Source of the DNA: Octopus vulgaris
Lineage: Eukaryota
Assembly (NCBI GenBank): GCA_951406725.2
Contig: OX597815.1
Location: 160,146,001 to 160,210,000, forward strand
Direction of reading: 5' to 3'
Length of the DNA stretch: 64,000 nucleotides
The first letter of the stretch is position 1. Every line of letters begins with the position of its first letter. Made by a program: the position numbers and the translations under genes. This document shows, piece by piece, positions 26,388-37,779 of the stretch. The notes beneath the pieces are model-generated. The model was not told the DNA's origin. It made no database searches and saw only the letters and a list, made by a program, of their open reading frames with translations.

Positions 26388-26512
26388 CACAGGACAGGGA
26401 AGAGAAACATAAACTAATTAAAGTCATCAATTTAACCAATACAGAACCCAACCCCAACCTTCTCAACTTACTCTCCAAAGGTCTGAAATTCACACCAACC
26501 CCCACGTCCAAA
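26354..26512 (+). CDS. N-terminal segment of the PLE RT, in the -1 frame relative to ORF1, with no ATG of its own
   Basis: Translates RHSTQIQANKITQDREEKHKLIKVINLTNTEPNPNLLNLLSKGLKFTPTPTS. VINL...LLSKGLKF.PTP is the typical PLE RT N-terminal motif. Removing one A at 26510-26512 joins it to ORF 26523 (…TSNYYEMKED). Confidence 0.8.
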
Positions 26513-26522
26513 CTACTACGAA

Positions 26523-27822
26523 ATGAAGGAAGACATTACAGAATTTTGTAGAAAATTGCGACTTAGTGAGGAACTATTCGACCAGCACAAAGAGGATGAG
26601 TCACTAGCTAGAAATAAAAGCAACTACACCCCACGAAAAGGTAGAAATAAAATCCTAGACGAATTCTGTGAGCACATTACAAACTTCCCCTACCAACACT
26701 TACACAAACCAAAACCCAAACTAAACCTCAACAAGAAAGAGTGGGAAGAATTAAACAAATTAAAAAATGAAAGATCTATCACCATTAAAGAGGCCGATAA
26801 AGGAAGTGCAGTAGTCTTAATGGAGACAGAATACTATATCAACTTAGCACTCTCCACCTTGGAAAATGGAACATATTACGAAAAGGCTGAACACTACAAT
26901 CAACAGAAAATTATGAGAAACTTAAAAACCCTGATCAACCCCCACAAAGAAGAACTCACTAACAAAGAATTCAACTTCATCACAAATTTCACTAGTAAAA
27001 CCAGCCTCTTCTACGGTATTCTCAAAATTCATAAAAGCGAATTAATAAGTAAGGCATGCAAGGAAGCCACAAACTCTGTAATCAATGTCCCCTCACCAAA
27101 TGACCTCAAATTGAGACCTATAATAGCAGGTCCCGCTTGCGAAACCCACCGCCTTAGCAACTTCATTGATACCCTTCTCAAGCCGTTCCTCAAACACATT
27201 AAAAGCTACATAAGGGACTATCTAGATATGCTCAACCACCTCCCCAATACACTTCTTGCTGAACAAACCCTGCTAGTAACATTCGATGTAGTCAATCTTT
27301 ACTCCAACATCCCCCACAACCTAGGAATAGAAGCTATCCAATTCTGGCTGGATAATTACTCCAACGAACTCCCACACCGCATCAAAAAGGAATTTATTTT
27401 AGAAGGACTCAAATTCATCTTAGAGAATAATTTCTTCACCTTCAACAACAAATTCTACAGACAGAAATCAGGGACGGCAATGGGAACGAAAACAGCTCCC
27501 ACTTACGCCAACTTAGTCATGGGATACCTGGAAATCACCCTCTATAATAACGTTCTTAACCAATTTGGCACCACTCTCCACACACACATAGAGAAGAACT
27601 GGAAGAGATATCTTGATGACTGCTTCATCCTTTGGCCCGAAACCGTCGAGAAGCTTAACGAATTTCACACTCTTATAAATGGGCTCAACACAAACATTAT
27701 TTTCACAATGGAATACAGCCCTCAACAAATTCCCTTCCTCGACATCCTCATTAAAATTCACAACAAAAAAATAGAAACAGACATATACTACAAGCCCACA
27801 GACTCCAAGCAATACCTCCTTT
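26523..27822 (+). CDS. PLE reverse transcriptase core
   Basis: Motifs IKEADKGSAVV (DKG), FYGILKIHK, LRPIIA, TFDVVNLYSNIP, QKSGTAMGTKTAPTYANL, WKRYLDDCF, IPFLDI, TDIYYKPT. Confidence 0.95.
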
Positions 27823-28669
27823 CAATTCATGCCACCCTAGACACGTTAAAATTAACATTCCCTACAACTTAGCCAAGAGAATTTGCACTATAGTCTCCAA
27901 TAAAAACACCCGTCTCTTACGTCTACAAGAACTCAAGGGCACATTAACAAGCAGGGATTACCCCACGTCACTAATTGACAATGGGATCCAACGCGCCCTA
28001 AAACTCAGCACGCAGGAACTTAGACGCCCTAAACCTGTTACATCGAAACCCCATACTCTACCATACATCTCTACACACAACCCCCTCAACAATGAAGCTT
28101 TTGACACCATCCTCCAGAACATTCCTGTATTACAAAAGGTCCATAGAATGAACCAAATCCTCCTAACACACGAAATCATAAAGAGCAAAAGGCAACCCAA
28201 ATCATTGAAAACCATCCTAACAAATGCCAAAGTACTGCCAACCACAACAACTAAACCCACAGTAAACAAATGCAATAGACCCAACTGTGGTATATGCATC
28301 AACCTAATAGAAGGTCCGGAATTCCTTTTTAAACAAGGACAACGTTTCACAGTAAAACACAACTTCACATGCGCATCAGAAAACCTAGTATATGTCTTAA
28401 CTTGCTCGGGCTGTAATGAACACTACATAGGCCAAACAAAAAATAGCCTCCGCCAACGCATGACTGTCCACAGATCCCAAATAAAAATACAGGAATATAG
28501 AAAAATAGCATTTAGTGCACATATTGATACCTGTGCCGCACAACTCCATCCCAATTTTAGAATCTTTCCCCTATACAAATTTAAAGACAATGCCACTCAT
28601 ACCCAGCGAATAACCATGGAATCCCACCTTATTAATAAATACAGACCACTTCTAAACACATGCCCCTAA
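27821..28669 (+). CDS. PLE RT thumb, Cys linker and GIY-YIG endonuclease (continues the RT after a 1-nt deletion at 27820-27822)
   Basis: Frame is open from 27821 (FNSCHPRHVKINIPYNLAKRICTIVS…) into ORF 28148. Contains the KCNRPNCGIC linker and NLVYVLTCSGCNEHYIGQT…LRQRMTVHR…H…E…LN GIY-YIG motifs. Confidence 0.93.
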   Translation, partial: FNSCHPRHVKINIPYNLAKRICTIVSNKNTRLLRLQELKGTLTSRDYPTSLIDNGIQRALKLSTQELRRPKPVTSKPHTLPYISTHNPLNNEAFDTILQNIPVLQKVHRMNQILLTHEIIKSKRQPKSLKTILTNAKVLPTTTTKPTVNKCNRPNCGICINLIEGPEFLFKQGQRFTVKHNFTCASENLVYVLTCSGCNEHYIGQTKNSLRQRMTVHRSQIKIQEYRKIAFSAHIDTCAAQLHPNFRIFPLYKFKDNATHTQRITMESHLINKYRPLLNTCP

Positions 28670-29148
28670 CACGAACCCACAACAAACACACTTACACCTG
28701 CACACACCCTACACACACCTTTACCCAGATATTAACACCATGACACACACAAATATATGGTTCCACACATACACATAATTGAATACGGGTGCAAAACATC
28801 CAACACTATTTTTTGGAAATGGCTGTAAATATTGACTTCACACAAATACGTTGCTTCCCGATACAGGCACAAGGCCAGCAGAACTATAAATATTGAAAAT
28901 TTTACCCACACACACACACATATATACACGCGCGCGCGCCCCAACATACATATAAACACACACGCGCGCGCGCGCGCACACACATACATACATACAGCTC
29001 TCCCTGTTCTAAACGAACTTACTTATCCAGTCAAGCGGAAAATACACTCCCTAACTACGCGCTAAAAAGCTATTTAAAATATCCACATGACGTCTACTGA
29101 CCAGCCTGAACAATAAAAATTTTCAACAACACTATTTTCGAAAATTCT

Positions 29149-29236
29149 AAACATTCACGTGACCTCTTTATTATGGCCAATAAGAAATTTTAGGCGGGAC
29201 ACTAGCCAAATTTTAACTTCTCTGGAGCCTTTTTTC
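29149..29236 (+). repeat. Diverged tandem copy of the pLTR 5' block in the PLE 3' UTR
   Basis: AAACATTCACGTGACC…CCAAT…TTTTAGGCG…CTCTGGAGCCT recurs about 112 bp downstream, at 29261-29350. Confidence 0.85.
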
Positions 29237-29246
29237 TTACCCCAAC

Positions 29247-29486
29247 ACCAACTTCCATTCAAACATTCACGTGACCCCTTCATAATGACCAATCAAAATT
29301 TTAGGCGCGAAACCAAGCAAATCCCAAACAACTCTGGAGCCTCTTTTTTTCACATATAAGAGACAGACTCTAATCTCTCTTTTATATTTTGATAAGCATA
29401 ACAAATGCGCAACCGGTAAAAAGAACTTTCACCTAATTAAATTACTTAAATTACTTCAATTATTTGTCAGCATTTTCTTCATTTCC

Positions 29487-29497
<11 letters not shown>
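29247..29497 (+). repeat. 3' pseudo-LTR of the PLE
   Basis: Direct repeat of the 5' pLTR, running into (TA)n at 29491. Confidence 0.95.
29376..29426 (+). ncRNA. Variant minimal hammerhead motif in the 3' pLTR
   Basis: Core identical to 24923-24952, at 29389-29418. Confidence 0.7.
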
Positions 29498-29566
<69 letters not shown>

Positions 29567-29876
29567 CCAGTGAAGGCGCATGGCTCAGTGATTAGAGCAT
29601 TGAGCTTACGATCATGAGGTTGTGAGCTCGAATCCTGGACCGAAGTGTGTGTTGTGTTCTTGAGCAAGACACTTTATTTCATGTTACTCCAGTCCACTCA
29701 TCTGTAGAAATGAGTTGTGATGTCACAGGTGCCAAGCATGTATCACTGGTATATCACACACACCACTGGCACCAGTGAATTGCATGCATCACTAGCACTG
29801 GTGCATTGTATGCATCACTGGCACTGGTGCATTATATTCATCACCAGCACCAGTGCATTGTATACATCATCAAATC

Positions 29877-30255
29877 AGGCACTTTCTACGTGTCACTAGT
29901 GCCCTTTATGTGTTAGTGACATGGGTGCCTTTTATGTCAACACAGATGCCATTTACATGTCATTGGCACGGGTGTTATTTACATGTCATTAACATCGGTG
30001 TCTTTTATGTGTTACCTGTATGGATGCTTTTTATGTGCCACTGGCATGAGTGCCTTTCATGTGCCACCAGCACAGGTGCTTTTTACATGTTACCTGCATG
30101 AGTGCCATTTATGTTTCACCAGATAAGGTACCTTTTACATGTCACCGGTACTAGGTGCCTTTTATATGTCACCAATACAGGTGCCTTTTATGACCCATCC
30201 ACACAAGTACCTCACATGTGTCACCTGCACAGGTGTCTTTTCAAGTGTCACTGGT
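29877..30255. repeat. Diverged ~26-bp minisatellite (GGTGCCTTTTACATGTCACCAGCACA-like, roughly 15 units) in a minus-strand RTE-type 3' UTR
   Basis: The unit motif is shared with 59947-59970. Adjacent 30285-30350 (minus) reads TEVMTSDRG…VLEK, resembling an ORF end. Confidence 0.75.
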
Positions 30256-31416
30256 ATTGACCATGATTACAATTTCACTTAGCTAAGATGTATTTTCTCA
30301 AGCACAGTAAATCATGAAAAGCCTCGGTCACTTGTCATCACCTCAGTTAGGGGACATACAGTAATCTTAGAGACATTTTTCTGGGGAAAAGTGAGTCTTG
30401 TATGCCATCATATTTGATAACTTTCATAGGATATTAATCTCTATATTTAGCACTAGTTTAAAATCCGCACTCTGTGCAGACTTTCAAACTAGCTCCTGCA
30501 GAGGCCTAAATAGTATGACTATGACAATACTATGTCTATAATGACTATATGCCCCAGTGGCATTTGAACATAGAATAAGGGTGGATGAGAATTAATTCTG
30601 TAATGCAATCATTCTATTGTTCCTGCCTCAAGTTGAATTCTAACTGTTGGCAAATTGATCCCAAGGTTCTTATCTCGACATAAAATTAATGAAGCAAGTG
30701 TCATTTATCTCCCCCTTGATCTCTGATGGCATTTGATAAATGCCAACCAAGATAACATGAATCAGAAATAGCAACCCTAATGCTTTTAAATTAGATCCCA
30801 ACGTTGGATGTTCAAGAATCAAATGAAGGGCAGATTTTCAATCCTGGGATCATCCTGATTCCAAAAAGGTATAGTGTATCTATGTAGAGCAAATGTACAC
30901 TGAGATACAGGGGTCCTGGACAGACAGAATTTTGCATTTATTATTATAGATTAGTCTAACTTTTCAGGAATTAAGTTTCTGTTTCTATTAATTTTCTTAC
31001 GTTAGATTTAGTGTAATAGCATTTTCTATCATGATGTTTGATCCTTAAAGAGAAGTTTTTTTACACAATATCCAATATATTTATAATACTGCAGGTGAAT
31101 GCAGGTGAAGAGTTAATTAAGATCATTAATGAAGATAATTAAAAAAAATAATAATTTTGATTTATCATTATTATAGTATTAGTATTTGTTTTTAGCTGGA
31201 ATATTTTTGAATTACTTTTAGAAGATAGTTAAAATTAATTGTAGTACATGTAAACACCAGGTGTGTTCCTTCTAAACACATAAATGCCTGTTGTGTTTAT
31301 ATCTGTATGACTGCATATGATGAAGAATTGTGAGAAAAGGTAGTTTAGGAAAAAAAAAAAGGACAAGAGTTTTGGGGCTAATGTTACATATCAGAATAAT
31401 AAAATTGGCAGATATC

Positions 31417-33655
31417 AAGGATAGGTCACCCACGTAAGTTGGAATTTCTCTGTTTTGAGAAGGGATCTTTCAAATTTTTTTCATCTCTTGGAAATGATGA
31501 GAGGCATCTTTTCGAAAAAAAAATTGAATTACTCTTTTACATGTTTCATTCATTTGACTGTGGCCATACTGGAGCACCACATATGGTCGAGCATATCGAC
31601 CCAAGTACTTATTCTTTGTAAGTCTAGTACTTATTCTATCGGTCTCTTTTGCCAAACTGCTAAGTTACAGGAACATAAACACACCCGCATTGGTTTGCAA
31701 GCGATGTTGGGGGGACAAACAAAGACACACAAACATACACATACACACAGATACACATACACACACATACACATACACACATACATATATATATACATAC
31801 TTACAACAGGTTTCTTTCAGTTTCCGTCTACCAAATCCACTCACAAGGCTTTGATCAGCCCAAAGCTATAGTAGAAGACACTTGCCCAAGGTGCCACGCA
31901 GTGGGACTGAACCCAGAACCATGTGGTTGGTAAGCAAGCTACATACCACACAGCCACTCTTACACCTATAACCTACCACACAGCCACTCCTATATTTTTT
32001 TTACCCCACTTCCTCACTCTACATTATTCAGACCAATTTTGGTCAATTTTCTGGACACTATGCTCGATAATTTTTTAAACCCTTCTTTCTAGAAATAAAT
32101 TCACTTTCATTTAATCATGTCAGGGATAAGTCATCCAAATAAGCTGAAATTTCTCTGTTTTGACAGGGATTTTTCAAATTTTTTCTCATGGTGCTCTTGG
32201 AAATGATGGGGCTCATCTTTTCTGAGCAAGAAAAAAATTCGGAAAATGATTTTTTCCCTCTCTTTCTGACTCTACACTTCCTCCAGACCAAGTTTGGTTA
32301 ATTTTCTGGGAACTATGCACGATAATATTTTATCCCTCCCCTCTGGAGAAACAAATTCATAAATATGGTTTCATTATGGAAAAAGTTAAGGACAATTTGT
32401 ATGTTGCTTTTAGCACATCTCCCAACCATCTTATACTGGTTTTGTGGGCACTACGTGGTGAGAAACCTTTGTGTTATAAAAAAAAAATAAAAAAAATTCA
32501 GCCCCATATAATATAGTTAATTTCTTCAAAAGACATAAATTTTCTAATCCAGTCTGTCCTGGATTCCACGCATTAATTTGTAAATCATATTGTATTTCCC
32601 TGAGACAAATCTCTCACTCCTAATTTATAGATCAGACATAGGCAACCTTTTTTGAGAAGTAATCTGCATGAGACATGACTCATTATGCTGAAAACATTAC
32701 TTTCAACGATAGGTTGCAAAATTCAAGATATATCGTGCTTAATCATGGTTATGTGTGGGGTTTAGGCGAACTGTTTCAAGCTATGGTACTTGGGGAAAAT
32801 GGTTAAAAAGGTGGTAACTTTGGTTGTTATGATTTGTCTCTTCAGAATATGTATGTTTTCCTCGATCGTAGAAATGATAGAAATAAAAATTACGATTGAA
32901 AAGTTGATGTAAAAAAAATCAGAAAGATTTCACTTTTATTTAATCAGGTCAAGGACAGGTCGCCCACATAAGTTGGAATTTCTCCGTTTTGACAGGGATT
33001 TTTCAGATTTCTTTTTACAGTCCCCTTGCAAATGATAAGGGGCATTTTTTTTTAGTAAAGATTATTTTCAAAAAAAAAAATTTTTTTGTTCCCGTCCTTC
33101 CGGACCGATTTTGGTCGACTTTGTGGGTGCTGTGGACAATGAATTTTTTAAAAACCAAATTCATAAATACGATGTTGAATATGGTTTCACTATGGAAAAA
33201 GCTAAGGGCAATATAGCTGTTGTTTTTTAGCATGCCTCACAACTATCTGATACTTTCCTAGTTTCTTAGTTTAATATTTTTCTCCCCATAAGCACATTTG
33301 AGTAATGGAAAAATATTTAACTAAAAGGAAAATTTGCCATGTATCATGCTAAGAAAGAAATTCATAAATATGGGGTTGAAATCTTTTTTTAACGAAAAAC
33401 CTTCTCAACATGTTGTGCCCACAAAATTGCTGGGGATATGCTAAAAACAACAGCTAAATCATCATTAACTTTTTCCATAATGAAACCATATTCAACACTG
33501 TATTTATGAATTTGTTTCTCTAGAGAGGAGGGTAAAAAAAATTATCGCACGTAGTGCCCATAAAATTGACCAAAATCGGCGCAGGGGAGATGTAGAATGT
33601 GTGTCACTTTTTGAAAAAATTTTTTTCCAAAAAGATGACTCTTATCATTTCCAAT
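31417..33655. repeat. Local ~250-400-bp repeat family: three direct copies and one inverted copy
   Basis: The unit GGATAGGTCACCCAC…GGAATTTCTC…GGAAATGAT…TTTTGGTC…AAATTCA starts at 31417 (split by a SINE), ~32121 and ~32950. An inverse copy lies at ~33330-33655. Confidence 0.8.
31530..31992 (-). mobile_element. SINE A, full length
   Basis: Family consensus; the head segment TACCACACAGCCACTC is duplicated. Confidence 0.85.
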
Positions 33656-34540
33656 TCGTAAATTGTCTTCCAGATAGCTATCAGTCAATCTTGATCTAGT
33701 TTTCGAGTTTATTTTCATTCCAGAAAAGAGTTGCTTGCATTTATACATACTACTAAACATAGTGACTTATCTTCTAGCAAAGCACACTACTTTTGGATAG
33801 TTTTCTTGGAACAGAGTTCCATAAAAATGCATTTAAGATTCCTCTTTAAATTTTTGCCAAAGAAATTCATCACTCTGAAGTTCAATTAGTTTCATTTGCA
33901 TTTCCTTTCGAACTTTTTCAACATCAACATTAAAGGAATTTCGAAAACGATTAAGATCAACTTCTCAAGCTCTGAAATCATTCAATCTGGGATTCAGTTC
34001 TTTTCTTCCAGCTCATTTAACTTCACAACAAAACCATCATGTCCAGACTTTGACCTGTGATTGATTATTGTAAGGAAATGGAAAGCATCAGTAGTCTTAA
34101 GTTGATTCTCCCAAATTTGAAGTTTTGCTTGAAAAGCTTCGGCATGAGAATACATCTCATGAATTAAGCGATTTTGCTTTTGCAATTTTAAATCTAAACC
34201 ATTTAAATGTGTAGTTATATCCATGAGAAATGCACGGTCACAAATCCAAATATCATCTTTCAACTCAGAAACAAATTTACCCTGCATTTATAAAGTATAT
34301 ACCTCTTCTTTGAGGCCATAAAATTGTTGAAGAGTCTTCCCTTTACTTAGTCAACGAAGTCGCCATATACCAATTCAAGTTCTTGTAAGAACTTTTTAAA
34401 CTGGCGATGGTTAAGTGCCCAGGATTTTGTAAAACCACTCACATGCGTAACATTCTCAAGTTTAGAGACTTTGTACATAGATTTTCATGGTGAATTATGC
34501 AGTGGACCGTTGCTAAGTTACTAATTGCTAAATTCAAAGA
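33653..34540 (-). pseudogene. Decayed hAT (Charlie/SPIN/GTF2IRD2-like) transposase
   Basis: HCIIHHENLC, ALNHRQFK, R*LSKGK, AFLMDITTHLNGLDLKLQ…FQAKLQIWENQL, and the dimerisation motif MFSSMYKCKQLFSGMK…RSRLTDSYLEDNLRI. Several stops and frameshifts. Confidence 0.88.
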
Positions 34541-34771
34541 AGTTTTAGCTGGAAGGTTGTGCCTCTGGTCTTCTTAATACAATGATGCAAAATTCTTTCT
34601 ATCCAACTTTGGGTGCCAAAGTTCAAGCTTCATTTTGAAAGCAGTTAGTTTTTCATGAGAATGAAGCATGGTTGTATCTTACCCTTGCAGTGAAAGACTG
34701 ATGGCATTCACTGACTCAAATATGACACCAAAAATGCCAAGCAGAGCTGGAAAAATTTTGTTTCTCATGAG

Positions 34772-35000
34772 TTACTCCTTACTCTTCACTCTTTTACTTG
34801 TTTCAATCATTTGACTGTGGCCATGCAGGAGCACCGCCTTTAGTCGAACGAATCGACTCCAGGACTTATTTTTTGTAAGCCTAGTACTTATTCTATCGGT
34901 CTCTTTTGCCGAACCGCTAAGTTACGGGGACGTAAACACACCAGCATCAGTTGTCAAGCAATGTTGGGGGGACAAACACAGACACACAAACATATACACT

Positions 35001-35054
<54 letters not shown>

Positions 35055-35085
35055 CACATACATACGACGGGCTTCTTTCAGTTTC
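34772..35085 (-). mobile_element. SINE A, head missing at the LINE junction
   Basis: CpG-retaining young copy ending at CTTTCAGTTTC. Confidence 0.8.
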
Positions 35086-37285
35086 TGTAATGCCGTTTGT
35101 GTTGAGGCTGAGGCATCTCTTGCTACTTGGATAGTGAGCAGGTGTGGTCACCACATGCTAAGCGACTGTTTCCACAACTGCAGTCCTTTGGGGACTTAGG
35201 TACGTGGATCAAGCGGAGACCTAAGATGGGAGAATGGCAAGAATGCAGACAAGCACCCACTCCATTCTCTCGGGCGAGTAATACCGGCAGCGGGGCTACC
35301 ACTGCGGATTTTTATAGAGGGTTGGTAGAGCATAAGTCCGACGATGTCCTGGGGAAGACTCTGGGCTTTGATGAGGAGCAAACAACCAGCCTGTTCAGAA
35401 GTACATTCGGGCCGAGGTATCTGGATAATTTTCAGAAATCCTTGGCCTAGTTGTGCTACCGATCGACCTTACCGGTTCGAAAGAAGTTGTCTAGACATGG
35501 TTTTGACACCTCCTCTACATGTCCAAGGTGCGGGCACGCCAGTGAAACGGTCGCGCACACCTTCGTACACTGTGATGAATTGAAGAAGTTGATAGTGTAG
35601 CAATATCGTCTCTCATTACTATCTTCACTGTGGGAGGAAAGAATAAAGAATGATCTCGTTTGAGATAACAAACATCTTCGGCTAGTTCAACATTGTTGTA
35701 AACACTAATTCGATTGGCTGACACGTTGGTCTCTACTACGTTCGCACCGCTGGTTATCACTCGACGCGATTTGCCTCCGCTTATTTTCGCGCCATAGTTC
35801 CAAGCAGCCAATCACAGCTTTCCATTTCTGAAGTTCATTGGGAGCCATGTAAACCTTATAAAATAAGGTTTCTCAGACAAATATTCGTCTTAGGCTTTTA
35901 GTTCTTTTCAGAGCTCGTCTGTCGGCTTAAGACCTTCTAAGGTCTTGGTCGGAGACCATATAACCAGACATAACGGCATCACCAACTCCGTCGCTACCTA
36001 CGAAGATTTAGCTTGTACATAAGATGGCTACAAAGCCAACTCATACTGTTTGTGTGAAAACCACACCACGGAAAAACAGTTGCAGGAATCTATATCAAGA
36101 GGAACAAAAACCAAGCAAACATCGTCCCTAGCTACGAAGTTTTAAATAGTACGCAAGACTATCACAGATTCAACTATAGCGGTTAGGTGAAATCTCACCA
36201 CGGAAAAAACGGCTACAGTGAATATATCTGAAAGGAATTCATATCAGGAAGATGAACGCAACAAGCGATTCAACAGATGTCAGCTCCGAGACACAACATC
36301 TTGATATTGAACTCTTACGCCTCGTGTACCTCATAAACAGTAAATCAATTACCTGTCTTTAGTTCTTGTAAGAACTAGCTTCAGAGACAGCGCTAAACAA
36401 CAAAATGATACAATGGTTCCTTAACCACTATGCCAATGTACGCTCAACAACCAAAGACTGCTATCTTCCACCATCAGGTACTTTTCTATGTCAACCACAT
36501 TCATTGTTCTGTCACACACTAACACACAGACACAAACACGTGTTGCATGCTCCCATACACTTCCAACCTTAACTTCATTGTAAATAAAATCTTATCTTGC
36601 CTTTCAAACAGTGACTTGTTGTCAATCCCTTATGTTCTATTGTGCTGCATGTATAAATGGTTTGTCTAACTCTTTAAGAATGGGATCGCGTGCGATTGTA
36701 TTTACTATATGATACGACCACATGTGATCCCGTTTTAATAGCCTCTATCGAACAACTGATATTGGATGCGGAAAGAGTACGGCTCTTGACTAAGTCCATG
36801 ATCAAGATAGTATCGCCTTCCTTCAACAAGGAAAAGAGGGCATTGTTTTTCTGCGTAGTAGCCAAACTAAAAGAAACAGTATGGACGAAACATGTGAAAG
36901 GAATTGCATCAGGTCACTTCATCTTCGGACACAGATTGGTAAGATATTTCAACTTCCACCTGTCCAGAAAGATCCGTTTGAAGAAGTGTCTGTCGCATAG
37001 TACGTTTGAGAAAAGATGGATATCTGCGGTAAGGTAGTTGAGAATGAATGGGGCCGTGCTAGCATAGCCGGTCAGGATGAAAAGGAAAAAGAACAAAAGC
37101 AAAGGGGAAAACACTGGCGGGTTAAATAAGGAAAAAAAGGAAAAAAAAAAACGGAACATTATTTTAAACTTTTATTCGTATTTATATTTATCATTTCATC
37201 TCAAATGATTTGTTAGAGTATAAGTGTTCGTGTGCGTCGTTTGTTATGTCCCTCTATGTAAACCTTTTATAGGTTAATAAAGAAA
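35086..37285 (+). mobile_element. Tx1/L1-type LINE 3' fragment (zf-RVT C-terminus), interrupted by an insertion
   Basis: LPVRKKLSRHG…TCPRCGHASETVAHTFVHC at ~35467-35575 rejoins in frame at 36742 (…KLI|ASIEQL…KETVW…FEKRW). Purine-rich UTR with AATAAA near 37277. Confidence 0.8.
35596..36737 (+). mobile_element. Solo-LTR-like insertion with 4-bp TSD ATAG
   Basis: ATAG at 35592-35595 and 36738-36741, and removing the insert restores the LINE frame. Starts TGTAG; CCAAT ~35808, TATAAAA ~35857, AATAAA ~36583. The 3' end is TTTTA rather than canonical CA. Confidence 0.7.
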
Positions 37286-37483
37286 TACGCTATTATTGAC
37301 CTGTTAGACACACTGCTTCCACCACTTCTCATAGTGCACAAAGAAGAATATTCTCATTTGCCACTATTGCCTGCTGCTACTAACTCAAGACCTGTCACAC
37401 TAACCAGAAGTAAATAAAAATTTGTTGATGACATTTCACCGTTCGGTTTTCTTCTTTTCGAAACCTGGTTTCTTCTGCTTTAA

Positions 37484-37703
37484 CCCTTTAGCATTCAAAC
37501 CGGCCATATCTGGCCAGAATATTTAACCTGTTTTATATTGAAACTGATCAGATCTCGCCTCTCACCTCAGCCCTACCATGTCATTCTAAAACTAAAAAAT
37601 CTCATCACTGAAATCTCTAAACTACAAGATAATACATGATTAATTCAAAACAATATAAATAAACAAACATCACATTTGACAGAATAATCTGAACACTAAA
37701 GGG
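37484..37703. mobile_element. piggyBac-type MITE (second family)
   Basis: TTAA|CCCTTTAGCATTCA … TGAACACTAAAGGG|TTAA. Opposite-orientation relatives at ~8755-8980, ~47276-47500 and ~56935-57120. Confidence 0.8.
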
Positions 37704-37779
37704 TTAAACAACTCAATCTACTGTAACATTTGGTGGTGCTCATTTTTACTGTTACACCTACTGGCCATTACATCTTTCA

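Larger units (their letters stand above)
24501..29497 (+). mobile_element. Penelope-like retroelement (PLE), Neptune-type, near full length, inserted in a (TA)n microsatellite
   Basis: Order is inverted pLTR (24501-24788), direct pLTR (24789-25066), ORF1, RT, Cys-linker/GIY-YIG, 3' UTR and 3' pLTR (29247-29497). (TA)n flanks both sides. PLE RT and GIY-YIG motifs are visible in the translations. Confidence 0.95.

Noticed and set aside
25031-28368. Antisense ORFs over the PLE
   Set aside because: Shadow ORFs caused by the A/C-rich sense-strand bias.
29877-30255. CRISPR-like periodicity
   Set aside because: Units are contiguous and diverged with no unique spacers, there are no cas genes, and the context is eukaryotic.
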